A stretch of DNA of 64,000 nt from Gammaproteobacteria bacterium (lineage in GTDB: Bacteria > Pseudomonadota > Gammaproteobacteria > Ga0077536): the NCBI GenBank assembly GCA_963662545.2, contig CAXXLL010000003.1:2688001-2752000 (forward strand), given 5' to 3'. Both the position numbers and the translations under genes were made by a program. The first letter of the stretch is position 1, and each line of letters starts with the position of its first letter. Positions 32,271-41,856 of this stretch are shown piece after piece. Below the pieces are notes generated by a model. It worked only from the letters and a program-made list of their open reading frames with translations. It was not told where the DNA came from and made no database searches.

Positions 32271-32469
32271 GCCAGGGTTTCGGCCGCGTCCTATGTTCAA
32301 TCGACGACAAGGTAATAGCAGCCGGCTCGTCGCCGTCAACCATCGCGCTTCGCGATCTGGACGAGATCAAGATCACCAAGATGGTTGCGCTAACGCTGGA
32401 TGTCAGAAACGCGATTCACGGCCTAGAAGTGTGACCGTTTGGCTAGTCGCTGCGTTCTAATACTAGAAC

Positions 32470-32814
32470 TTACTGTTTTACCTTATACGCTCGCAGGGCC
32501 ACGTTAAACTGACTGGCTACCGCTTCCATGTTGTCAACCATCTGATTGTGGCTTTCGATCATTGCGGCTTTCATCGCCAGTGCTTCTTCGTCATCGCCAA
32601 GCGTGCCTCCGGCTTCGGTCAAGCATTCCAGGTAAGCATTCGCGGCATCCATGTAGGTCTTGACCGCTTTCTGCGTGCGGATCAGATCCTTTTCGGTCGC
32701 TTTTTCTCCGTCGGGAATACCGGGTTCGGCAGGGGTGCTACACCTCTTGGCCGCGAGCGCCGGCTGCGCCGCGAGCAGGGCGATGGTCAACAAGGTCGTC
32801 GTAAGTAATTTCAT
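32470..32814 (-). CDS. Small secreted hypothetical protein, copy 2
   Basis: Six substitutions relative to 20609-20953. Confidence 0.8.
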   Translation of the reverse strand: MKLLTTTLLTIALLAAQPALAAKRCSTPAEPGIPDGEKATEKDLIRTQKAVKTYMDAANAYLECLTEAGGTLGDDEEALAMKAAMIESHNQMVDNMEAVASQFNVALRAYKVKQ

Positions 32815-32946
32815 TGTTCGCCTCCAAGCGATGAATCCTAACTCAAGGTAGCCGGCCGATCATCTTGCAGTAGTTCACACGACACTGGTGCTAATACTTC
32901 GATGCGTTCATCTGCGAACGCGGAAAAGAGGACAAGGGGTCAGGAC

Positions 32947-34225
32947 CTCAGGGATCCCCTCAAATGTTCGGTTCTAGAGTAATTGAAAGTCGCGCGGTTG
33001 GGGATCATGCTGCCTATTTTGAGGTCAGCAGAGGGCAGCGAAATGGCGAGAGGGTCGATCGGCAGGAAAGATGTATCTAATTTTCTGTCGGATCTATTTG
33101 AGGGAGACGTTCATGCTAAGCGCGTTCAGTCGATGGCGAACGCGACGGTGGGGGTATTGACGAGCGCGTCTTTAGGGGTGCATGCGATTGGCCAGGGTTT
33201 GGCGCACGCGTGCGATTTGATGCCGAAGCACGCGGTGAAACAAGTGGACCGTTTGCTAAGTAATCAAGGGATTGAGGTGTGGGACTACTTTGCTTATTGG
33301 GTGCCTTATGTGGTCGGCAGTCGAACCACGATAGTGGTGGCATTGGATTGGACGATGTTTGAGGGTGATGGTCAGGCGACCATTGCGCTATCGATGTTGA
33401 CGGACCACGGTCGCTCGACGCCGCTGCTGTGGAAGACGGTGCGAAGCGCGACCTTGAAGGGCACTCAGACAATGCATGAAGACGCCTTGCTGGTGCGATT
33501 AAAGGAGGTGGTGCCGGCCGATGTGTCGGTGAGCGTAGTGGCAGATCGGGGCATTGCGGATTGCAAATTGTTTGAGTTTTTGGAGAGTGAACTAGGCTTT
33601 GGGTATGTCATTCGATTGCGCGGCAACAGTTATGTGACGAGTGCCAAAGGCGAACGGCGGCGCGCCCGCGACTGGATTGGCAGCGGCGGCCGTGCGCGAA
33701 CGCTACGACAGGCCCAGGTCACCAAGTCGCATGCTTATCCGATGGCGACCGTCGTGTGCGTGAAAGCGAAAGGCATGAAGGAACCGTGGTGTTTGGTCGC
33801 CAGTGACGCGCAGGTCAGTGCGAAAACCCTGGTGTCTTACTACGCTAAACGCTGGGGTATCGAAGCTAGTTTCAGAGATATCAAAGACATGCGTTATGGC
33901 ATGGGTCTATCGTGGTCACGCGTCTCACAGCCTGCGCGGCGCGACCGACTACTCCTGCTCAGTGCGTTTGCCATGGCCTTACTGTCGTTACTGGGTGCTG
34001 CTGGTGAAAGCCTAGGCTATGACCGTATGTTGAAAGCTAATACCGTCAAACGACGAACCCATTCACTGTTTCGGCAAGGCTACATGCTCTACGAGTGGCT
34101 TCCTACCATGCGCGTAGAGTTCCTACGCCCGCTGATGCAGCGCTTCAACGAGATGCTCCTGCAACAACGCGCCCTAAAACAAGTCTTCGGGGTTTTATGA
34201 CATTTACAATGAGGGGATACCTGAG
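32947..34225 (+). mobile_element. IS4 family, IS10-like element type B
   Basis: IRs CTCAGGGATCCCCTCA / TGAGGGGATACCTGAG; 9-bp flanks GGTCAGGAC / GGTCAGTAC. Confidence 0.9.
32983..34200 (+). CDS. IS4-family DDE transposase (real start may be a downstream ATG)
   Basis: VKQVDRLL, LDW, ADRG, EPW, Y-R-IE-FRD-K. Confidence 0.88.
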   Translation: MKVARLGIMLPILRSAEGSEMARGSIGRKDVSNFLSDLFEGDVHAKRVQSMANATVGVLTSASLGVHAIGQGLAHACDLMPKHAVKQVDRLLSNQGIEVWDYFAYWVPYVVGSRTTIVVALDWTMFEGDGQATIALSMLTDHGRSTPLLWKTVRSATLKGTQTMHEDALLVRLKEVVPADVSVSVVADRGIADCKLFEFLESELGFGYVIRLRGNSYVTSAKGERRRARDWIGSGGRARTLRQAQVTKSHAYPMATVVCVKAKGMKEPWCLVASDAQVSAKTLVSYYAKRWGIEASFRDIKDMRYGMGLSWSRVSQPARRDRLLLLSAFAMALLSLLGAAGESLGYDRMLKANTVKRRTHSLFRQGYMLYEWLPTMRVEFLRPLMQRFNEMLLQQRALKQVFGVL

Positions 34226-34280
34226 GGTCAGTACCCTTTAAATTGAAAAATTGGAAGCAATAGTTAGAAGGTACTGCCTC

Positions 34281-34306
34281 CTTTACTCTTTACTCTTTAC
34301 TCTTTA
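34281..34306. repeat. Tandem repeat (CTTTACT) x3.7
   Basis: Read directly from the sequence. Confidence 0.8.
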
Positions 34307-34380
34307 TAAGCATTCTCATCTAGGCGGTGGCCCGGATCCGCTCGAGGCCGTCGAGGATCAGATCGAGACATCGGGTCAAG

Positions 34381-34654
34381 GCGCCGGCCAAAGCCGAGCT
34401 CGAAACCCTCGTCCATCGCTTGAGCGAGCGCATCGGCAGCCATCTCGAACGTCAGGGCCCCTCGAGCCGCACGATGACGATGGCCTGGCCCAGGTCCTCG
34501 GTAGTTCGATTACCTACCGCATCGCCTTCGGCCCCCGCCAGGGACACAAGGCCTTCATGCTACAAACGCTCCCCGCGCAAGATGAACACACGCGTACCAG
34601 CGAGCGCTTGGCCAAGGCCGCGGGCTTCTCCCTACACGCGGGCGTGGCGGCCGA
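34381..34654 (+). mobile_element. IS91/ISCR remnant 4
   Basis: LVHRLSERIGSHLERQG...GFSLHAGVAA; shares its internal deletion with remnant 2. Confidence 0.85.
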
Positions 34655-35630
34655 TCTCGTGCCAAGGTTGCGCCAAGTGAGTCTCCGGCTTTGTAGACAC
34701 GATCTACGGAGGTCATCATGGCACAGCCGAGCAATGGACACATCATTGGGTTGGACGTATCGAAGGCGACATTGGATGTCTTTGAGTGGGACACTGAGCG
34801 CGCGTATTCGATCGCGAATGAAGCGACGGCGATCGAACACTGGCTGGCGGGACTTGATGCACCCGCACGGTTGGCCATTGAACCGACCAACACCTATCAT
34901 CGGGTGGTTGCCGTCGCCGCTTATGCGCAAAGACACCAGGTCTATTTGATTGACCCCTACCGCTTGACGCATTACCGCACGGGTGTCGGTCAACGGGTTA
35001 AGGCCGATCCTCAAGACGCCCAGTTACTGGCACGTTACCTCGCACGGGAAGCCGGCGACCTCAAGGCGTGGGCGCCGTTAACCCCGGGCCAGCAGCGCTT
35101 TTGGCACTTGCTCAGGCGCCGCGCGACGCTGGTGCGCTCGAGAGTTCAACTGCGCGCATCACTGACTGACATGGGGTCATTGCAAGTCGAAGTCGATGCC
35201 TTATTGGGTCACTGTGAGCAGACTATCCGCACCATGGACCGAGCACTCATGGCCGAGGCTAAACATCTGGGTTGGGCTAAACAGCAACGATGCCGTGCGA
35301 TCCCAGGGATTGGACCGCTGACGGCGATGGCGATGGTGGCTGCTTATCACCGTGGCCCGTTCCGCAGCATCGATGCCTTCATCGCCTTTATGAGCATGGA
35401 TGTCCGGGTGCGAGAATCCGGGCAGTGGCGGGGACAATGCAAGCTCACCAAAAAAGGCGACCCCGAGCTGCGCCGCTTACTGTTCAACGCCGCCATGCAG
35501 GGCCGGCGCAACTCCCTATGGGAACCTTACTACCTTAGATTGCGCGCCCGCGGAATGAACACTACCGAATCTGCCAGTATGAACAGGACACTTTCTAGAA
35601 ATAGTTTATTGTAGAAAGTGAGTCCATCAA

Positions 35631-36062
35631 ATGTTACAGAACAATCATTCAATGATCGAAGAGAAACCGGGGTCAAGCGACGAAACGCCTGATCCACAGG
35701 TCAAATCGAAGACGATTCGACGCGCCTTTACGACCGCCTACAAGCTGTCGATCCTAGAGCAGGCCGATCAGTGCCAGGGGCATGGTGAGGTCGGTGCGCT
35801 ACTGCGCCGAGAAGGACTATATTCGTCCCACTTGAGCACCTGGCGTCGGTTACGGCGTGAGGGAACGCTGCAGGCGCTCAAGAACAACAAGCGCGGGCCC
35901 AGACCAACGCTGGACCCGGTAGATCGGCGCGTGCTCGAGCAGCTGCGTCGTCGTAATGCGAAGTTGGAGCACGAACTTGAGAAGGCCCGCACTATCATTG
36001 ATGTTCAAAAAAAACTCTCGTCCATCCTGGCGGCGATGCCCGACGACAAGGAGTCGTCATGA
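35631..36062 (+). CDS. IS3-family OrfA (HTH)
   Basis: RRAFT-YK, LLRREGLYSSHL-WR; ATGA overlap with orfB. Confidence 0.85.
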   Translation: MLQNNHSMIEEKPGSSDETPDPQVKSKTIRRAFTTAYKLSILEQADQCQGHGEVGALLRREGLYSSHLSTWRRLRREGTLQALKNNKRGPRPTLDPVDRRVLEQLRRRNAKLEHELEKARTIIDVQKKLSSILAAMPDDKESS

Positions 36063-37063
36063 ACGCGGTCACAGCGCTGGGTGGATCCGTGGGCACACGA
36101 GGCGCCTGCGCGGCACTCAATGTGCATCGGTCACGGTACTACCGTTTTCGACGTCCCAAGCTTGCCACGCGGCGAGCGCCACCGCCATTGAAACTCAGTG
36201 AGGGCGAACGCCAGCACATCCATGAGGTTTTGGTCTCGCCAGCATTCGTCGATCAAACACCGGCCACCGTGGTGGCTAATCTACTCGATGACGGCACCTA
36301 TCTGTGCTCAGCGCGAACGATGTATCGGATCTTGCATGAGCATCAGCAGGTGCGAGAGCGGCGTCGTGGACACCGCCGGGTGCACTACGCGAAGCCGGAG
36401 TTGGTCGCCAGGGTACCGAACCAATGCTGGTCGTGGGACATCACCAAACTCAAGGGGCCGGTTACGTGGCAGTATTTCTACCTATACGTCATCCTGGACC
36501 TGTACAGCCGCTACGTGGTGGGCTGGATGGTGGCTGAACGTGAAGCGGCGGTGCTGGCCAAACGGCTGATCACTGAGACCTGCGCGAAACAGGACATCGT
36601 CGAAGGCCAGTTGACGTTGCACGCCGACCGCGGCTCATCTATGAAGTCGAAGTTGGTCGCTCAACTGCTGGTGGATCTCGGCGTGATCAAGTCTCACTCG
36701 CGGCCGCATACCAGTGATGATAATCCGTTCTCCTAGGCGCAATTCAAAACGCTCAAATATCGACCGGGGTTCCCAGGACGGTTCCCCCACATCGGTGCTG
36801 CCGCAAGACACAGTCAGTCCTTCTTCAATTGGTACAACCTTGAGCACAAGCACTCCGGTATCACGATGTTGACGCCGCACGCCGTTCATTACGGTCTTGC
36901 CGACGGCATACTGGCAGGGCGCCAGCAGGCCCTAAACCAAGCGTTCGCGGCCCATCCCGAGCGCTTCAAATATGCCGCACCCACGGTCACGCCGCTGCCG
37001 ACGGCCGTATGGATCAATCCGCCAGTTCAAACCAAAAAGGAGAGCCGCTGCCAATCAGAATAG
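36059..37063 (+). pseudogene. IS3-family OrfB integrase with in-frame TAG (36734-36736)
   Basis: WSWDIT, HADRG, DNPFS*AQFKTLKY (catalytic Glu codon lost). Confidence 0.85.
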
Positions 37064-37412
37064 ACATTGAACTTCGAAACCATGTGTCCTATTTTCATTG
37101 ACAGGTTCCGCTACGGCCGCTTTCGTAGCGCTCGGCAGGAAGCTCGCACGGGTTTGTTTTGCGTTGCTCGAAAAAGATACCGATTTCAATCCCGATTTAC
37201 ACCAAGCCGCTTGCGATTCAACATAGAATCTATACTCCGTGGACCTAACGCTTGTCCCGGTGTCGCTTCGGAATGGAACCGGAGTGGGCATGTCTTGACA
37301 GACAGCGGCACCACGGGGGACGGCTGAGGCTACTAACCAAAAACCGACTTAAACGCACCTAACGCTCGCCGACGTTAGCCGTCCAACATGGACCTATATA
37401 AGGACAGGTATT

Positions 37413-38111
37413 GTGAACGCTAAACAACGAGGTAAGAGCCTTATTAGGCGCTCACTAAATTATTTTGGATATAACGTACTAAAACCATCGGCATACAAGC
37501 AATTCAAGACACACTATGAGTCGTTAGCACATCTCCTCTATTTCAAAGAAATCTATGACTTAATTACAAATCTGGAAGGAGATATAGTCGAGTGTGGCGT
37601 AGGCCGTGGCCATAGCTTTTTTAAGTTATGTTGTTTAGCGCATTACGAAAACAAAGGGAGAAAGATTTACGGTTTTGATTCCTTTGAAGGGTTTCCAGAA
37701 CCTTCTGAAGAAGATGCAAGTCCAAGGAATCCGCAAAAGGGCGAGTGGAACGTCGCAACAGTTGAAACTATTGAACAGATATTGACAGAACAAGGAAGAT
37801 TTGAGCTGTCATTTATTAACAATAACGTGAAACTGGTAAAGGGTTTTTTCGAGGAAAGCCTGAGTAGATTTGACGGAAAGAGTATTGTTTTTTTACACCT
37901 GGATGTAGATCTGTATAAATCATACAAAGTCACTCTGGAATATTTCTGGCCCAAGGTTGCAAGGGGTGGGGTCGTTGCCTTCGATGAATACAGAAATGCA
38001 ACGGAGAAATTTCCCGGAGCCGCTAAAGCGATCGATGAGTTCTTCGGTTCTTTAGTAACTCAAATCCGATTTAACGAGCAGGCCAACCGCTATTACATTG
38101 TGAAATCATGA
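37413..38111 (+). CDS. TylF/MycF/NovP-family O-methyltransferase, copy 1 (AT-rich)
   Basis: GDIVECGV, FDSFEGFP, VKGFF, LHLDVDLY-S, GGVVAFDEY. Confidence 0.88.
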   Translation: MNAKQRGKSLIRRSLNYFGYNVLKPSAYKQFKTHYESLAHLLYFKEIYDLITNLEGDIVECGVGRGHSFFKLCCLAHYENKGRKIYGFDSFEGFPEPSEEDASPRNPQKGEWNVATVETIEQILTEQGRFELSFINNNVKLVKGFFEESLSRFDGKSIVFLHLDVDLYKSYKVTLEYFWPKVARGGVVAFDEYRNATEKFPGAAKAIDEFFGSLVTQIRFNEQANRYYIVKS

Positions 38112-38276
38112 TTGGGGCGGGCGCCGATCGGTGAGCGGAAACGCTAGCTGGTAGGCATGCGCCGCGGACATCACCTGCGCGTTTGCGCGGTGCGGGCCTA
38201 GGATCTGTAAGCCGACCGGACGACTCGGTGAAACCGCACGGCTCCGCGACCGCGGGCTTCCGCGTGAGGTTAGCTA

Positions 38277-39973
38277 GTGTGCATCCCTAAACGCGATGCG
38301 GTTGAAATAAAAAGGAAAATTTGTCGCTTAAGGGATCGAAACCTCCGGTGGGTCGTGATCTAATGGAACTTCAAACCTCTGATTTTCCACACAATCATCG
38401 ACACCACAGGAGGGGGAATGCGTCAGAAACGCACGGCCCAAGCGAGTATATACGAGCTGTTTGCTGACCATGACCTGGGGCGAGAGCTGCAGGGCATGTC
38501 CGAGTGGCTCGATGCTCACCCCAAGGTCCTCACGCCGGTCATGAACGATCTGTGTCGGCGGGGTTTGAAGCCCACCGGTCGACGCGGACTGTCGGCGGAG
38601 TCGGTGCTGCGCTGCGCGGTGCTCAAGCAGCACCGGCAATTGAGTTACGAGGAGCTGGCCTTTCACCTGCAGGACTCGGCGAGCTTTCAGGCCTTCGCCC
38701 GGTTGCCGGGTAATGAACGTCCGAAGAAGTCTGCCTTACAGCGGGTGGTCTCGGCGATCCAGGTATCGACGTGGGAGTCTATTCATCGCGCCCTGCTGGC
38801 GACGGCGAAAGAGACGCGCATTGAGCCGGCACAGCGTGTACGGATTGATAGCACGGTAACGGACAGTGCCATCCACGCGCCGAGCGACAGTCATCTGCTG
38901 TGGGATGGCGTGCGTGTTGTGGTTCGTCTGCTCGCACAGGCGCGCGAGTTGCCTGGCGCGCCGGAGTTGTGCTTCGTGAACCACACTCGATTGGCGAAGA
39001 AGCGTGCGCGGGCGCTGTGGTATGCGCGTGGTGCGAAGCAACGCCAACGTCTGTATCGCGATTTGATTGGGGCGACGCGTTCAACCTTGGAAGCGGTAGC
39101 GAGGGTACGTGAGCAGCTGCTGAGCCCGGGCGTCACCGGCGTTGAACTGCCGGACTGGCTAGCGCAGGTAGCGCACTACGAAACACTTGTTCTGCAGGTG
39201 ATTTCGCAAACTGAGCGGCGGGTGTTCGGCGGTGAGAAGGTCCCCGCGAGCGAGAAGTGCGTGAGCTTGTTCGAGCCGCATACCGACATCATCATAAAGG
39301 GTGCGCGCGACGTTCAGTACGGACACAAAATCAATCTGGCTTCGGGGCGCAGTGGCCTCATCCTCGACGTGGTCATCGAGCGAGGCAATCCGGTCGATAG
39401 TCAGCGCTTCATGCCGATGCTCGAACGGCATCGAACACACTACGGGACGATGCCACGACAGGTCGCCGCCGATGGCGGCTATGCGAGCCTCGACAATCTC
39501 CGGGCGGCGAAAGCAGAAGGCATCGAAGACGTTGCCTTCCACAAGAAGCGCGGGCTCGCGATCGCCGACATGGTCAAGAGTCAGTGGGTCTATCGACGCT
39601 TGCGCAACTTCCGCGCCGGCATCGAGGCCGGTATCTCCTGCCTGAAGCGTGCATACGGATTGGCACGTTGCACCTGGAAGAGCCTGCCGCACTTCGAAGC
39701 CTACGTGTGGTCTTCTGTGGTCGCCTACAACCTCAGCCTGCTCGCGCGCTATCAACTCGAATAGCGACGTTCACTCGCACTAACTGACCTCCTCGATATC
39801 GTCGAACGGGCGACTTTGGGTTGCAGCGCTCTGCGGCCGGCGAACGTACTCACAATTACGCTCGAAGAGCCCTTCGACCCCCACCGAACCGCCGCTACCG
39901 CTCCAACAACCTACTTTCAACACCTCGATTTCTCCGTGCCCATCGAAGAAAATGCCTGTTTATGGACGGACAC
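38277..39973 (+). mobile_element. ISNCY-type IS copy C
   Basis: Same sequence as copies A and B; flanks TAGCTA / TAGATA. Confidence 0.9.
38418..39764 (+). CDS. ISNCY/IS5-like DDE transposase
   Basis: Identical to 10659-12005. Confidence 0.9.
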   Translation: MRQKRTAQASIYELFADHDLGRELQGMSEWLDAHPKVLTPVMNDLCRRGLKPTGRRGLSAESVLRCAVLKQHRQLSYEELAFHLQDSASFQAFARLPGNERPKKSALQRVVSAIQVSTWESIHRALLATAKETRIEPAQRVRIDSTVTDSAIHAPSDSHLLWDGVRVVVRLLAQARELPGAPELCFVNHTRLAKKRARALWYARGAKQRQRLYRDLIGATRSTLEAVARVREQLLSPGVTGVELPDWLAQVAHYETLVLQVISQTERRVFGGEKVPASEKCVSLFEPHTDIIIKGARDVQYGHKINLASGRSGLILDVVIERGNPVDSQRFMPMLERHRTHYGTMPRQVAADGGYASLDNLRAAKAEGIEDVAFHKKRGLAIADMVKSQWVYRRLRNFRAGIEAGISCLKRAYGLARCTWKSLPHFEAYVWSSVVAYNLSLLARYQLE

Positions 39974-40013
39974 TAGATAGGATTGTCACTCAACTACGTA
40001 TGACACGGGTAGA

Positions 40014-40607
40014 TTGATGACTGGGATTGGCAAACCTGTACGGCGCAAGGAAGACCGGCGCTTTATCACGGGCGCGGGAACATACACGAGCAATGTCGAC
40101 TATCCCGACCAGGCACATCTCTATATCGTGCGTGCGCAAAATGTACATGCCCGGATACGTGACATCGACACATCGGCGGCACGGGCCGCCGAAGGTGTTG
40201 TCGCCGTCTACACTGCTGCGGATCTCCATGCCGGCGGGATAAGAGATATGCAGCCGGCATGGATCATCTACAACCCTGATGGGTCTCCAATGCATGAAGC
40301 CCCACGTGAAGCGTTGGCGGTTGAGCGCATCCGCTATGTCGGCCAGCCGCTGAGTGCGTCCTTCCTCGATTACGCTATGCCACGTGCGGATGATCTACCC
40401 GCATTCGAAGTTTCGGAATTAGATACGTTCTCGATATCGAATCCACTAGGCGCTAAGGGTGCCGGTGAGGCGGGGACCATTGGTGCACCGATTACAGTCA
40501 TGAACGCCATTTTCGATGCGCTCAAACCGATCGGTGTCACCGACCTTTCAATGCCGGCAACACCCACGAAGATCTGGTCGGCTGTTCAAGCGGCAAACAC
40601 TACCTAA
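40014..40607 (+). pseudogene. coxL: Internally deleted, in-frame copy of the coxL gene at 53340
   Basis: N-terminus to RYVGQP joined to LSASFLDY...; 197 aa versus 789 aa. Confidence 0.9.
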
Positions 40608-41746
40608 ATAGGTGATCCAAATCTTGCGACACTCGGGCAGTTTCCCGGGAATGGACTTGCCGCACGCATGAAGGCACGTACTGCGTCCATCAGACGGTCG
40701 ATGGTCGAGTAACGATGATTCCGGGTGACATTGTCGTGCAACTGTTTCCAGAGTTTCTCAATGTCATTGACCCAGGGCTGATAGGCCGGCTGGAACAGCA
40801 ATCGGAATTTCGGATTGTGCTTTAGCCAGACGTGTGCCAAGCGACATTTGTGGATGATGTAGTTATCCACGATCAAGATAATTCGACGCGCGGCGCGGTA
40901 AGTTTGCCGCAGGTGGTCGAGCAGGCAAAGGAATAGGTCGCTGTTTTTCCGTGTGCCCTCGACATACGCAACGCGACCGGTTCGTGCGTGCAGCGCGCCC
41001 GCCAGATAGCGTTTCCGGTTTTGCCCAGGCGTGGGGATGGCACGTTGACAACCTTGAGTAGACCAAAGGAAACCGATTTTGGGATTGAGGTCGATATCGA
41101 CCTCATCGGCGTAAAACACTTCATGCCCCGATGGGGCTCGAGACAACGCACGATGAATGGCTTTCAGGCGCGTGGCTGCCCGTGGGTCGCGCAGATGTAA
41201 GGTCGGACGAGCACGACGCCAGCCGAATCCCAAATTAACTAGCCAGCGACGTACCGTAGAGGCGTGAATGGGCCGTGACAGCAACGAATTCAGCGTCTCG
41301 GCCAGCATCTCGCTCGTCCACGTACTGCGCAGGTAGCCATAATCACTGGGCGGCTGCTCAACTAACTCGGCGAGCGTCTCCAACAGGGTGTCATCCACCG
41401 TATACGCCCGCCGGCCCGAGCCGCACGCCTCGAGAAAGGCTTCACCCGCGGTCTGGAATTGCGTGACCCATCGATAAACCGTTGAACGCGCGACCGACAA
41501 ACTGCGTGACACGGCCGTCGGTGAGACGCCTGAAGCTAACTGCAACAGGACTTGAGCGCGGCGAACCACCCGCCCGTTATCGCTGCGTTGAATCAACCGC
41601 TTAAAGCGACGTTTCTGTGAGCGCGTCAATGACACTAAACTATCCATACTCAGGTGACCTCTTTCGGGAACGTAGATTGCTCGATACAACCTCTGATCTC
41701 TGAATGTCACCTGAGTTCTTTTTATTTGATCGAGTTTTTGGAACAC
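40604..41746 (-). CDS. IS630 transposase (start probably ATG near 41646)
   Basis: YADE, VDNY, P-Y-PWVN-IEKLW. Confidence 0.88.
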   Translation of the reverse strand: MFQKLDQIKRTQVTFRDQRLYRAIYVPERGHLSMDSLVSLTRSQKRRFKRLIQRSDNGRVVRRAQVLLQLASGVSPTAVSRSLSVARSTVYRWVTQFQTAGEAFLEACGSGRRAYTVDDTLLETLAELVEQPPSDYGYLRSTWTSEMLAETLNSLLSRPIHASTVRRWLVNLGFGWRRARPTLHLRDPRAATRLKAIHRALSRAPSGHEVFYADEVDIDLNPKIGFLWSTQGCQRAIPTPGQNRKRYLAGALHARTGRVAYVEGTRKNSDLFLCLLDHLRQTYRAARRIILIVDNYIIHKCRLAHVWLKHNPKFRLLFQPAYQPWVNDIEKLWKQLHDNVTRNHRYSTIDRLMDAVRAFMRAASPFPGNCPSVARFGSPI

Positions 41747-41751
41747 CTATT
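40607..41751 (-). mobile_element. IS630-family element with TA duplication, inserted in the coxL stop codon
   Basis: IRs AATAGGTGATCCAA / TTGGAACACCTATT; empty site CCTAGTGTGC at 55705. Confidence 0.9.
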
Positions 41752-41856
41752 TAGTGTGCTGTCCCGCCTAAAGCTCCCAATTCATACCTATTTTGTTATG
41801 CTCACGGGACTGCCCTCGGGTTAACATCCAATAAGACGATGTCGGGAGATTGAACA

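Larger units (their letters stand above)
35565..37110 (+). mobile_element. IS3-family element nested in IS110
   Basis: Imperfect IRs (CCGAATCTGCCAGTATGAACAGGACAC / GTGTCCTATTTTCATTGACAGGTTCCG); CTA duplication. Confidence 0.85.
34655..37231 (+). mobile_element. IS110-family element; recombinase (34718-37226) split by a nested IS3
   Basis: GLDVSK, E-T, KAD-DA, IPGIG, ESG, KKG; resumes at 37111 as TAAFVALGRKLARVCFALL...stop, followed by AATCT. Confidence 0.85.

Noticed and set aside
37111-37226. GCGCTCGGC here as an ISCR 3' motif, or the 86-aa ORF at 37067
   Set aside because: This stretch is the displaced C-terminus of the IS110 recombinase
37355-37385. CTAAC...GTTAGCC before TylF read as an integron attC/attI site, and the whole region as a cassette array
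   Set aside because: No integrase, no L boxes with attC spacing, no attC after the genes, and genes lie in both orientations
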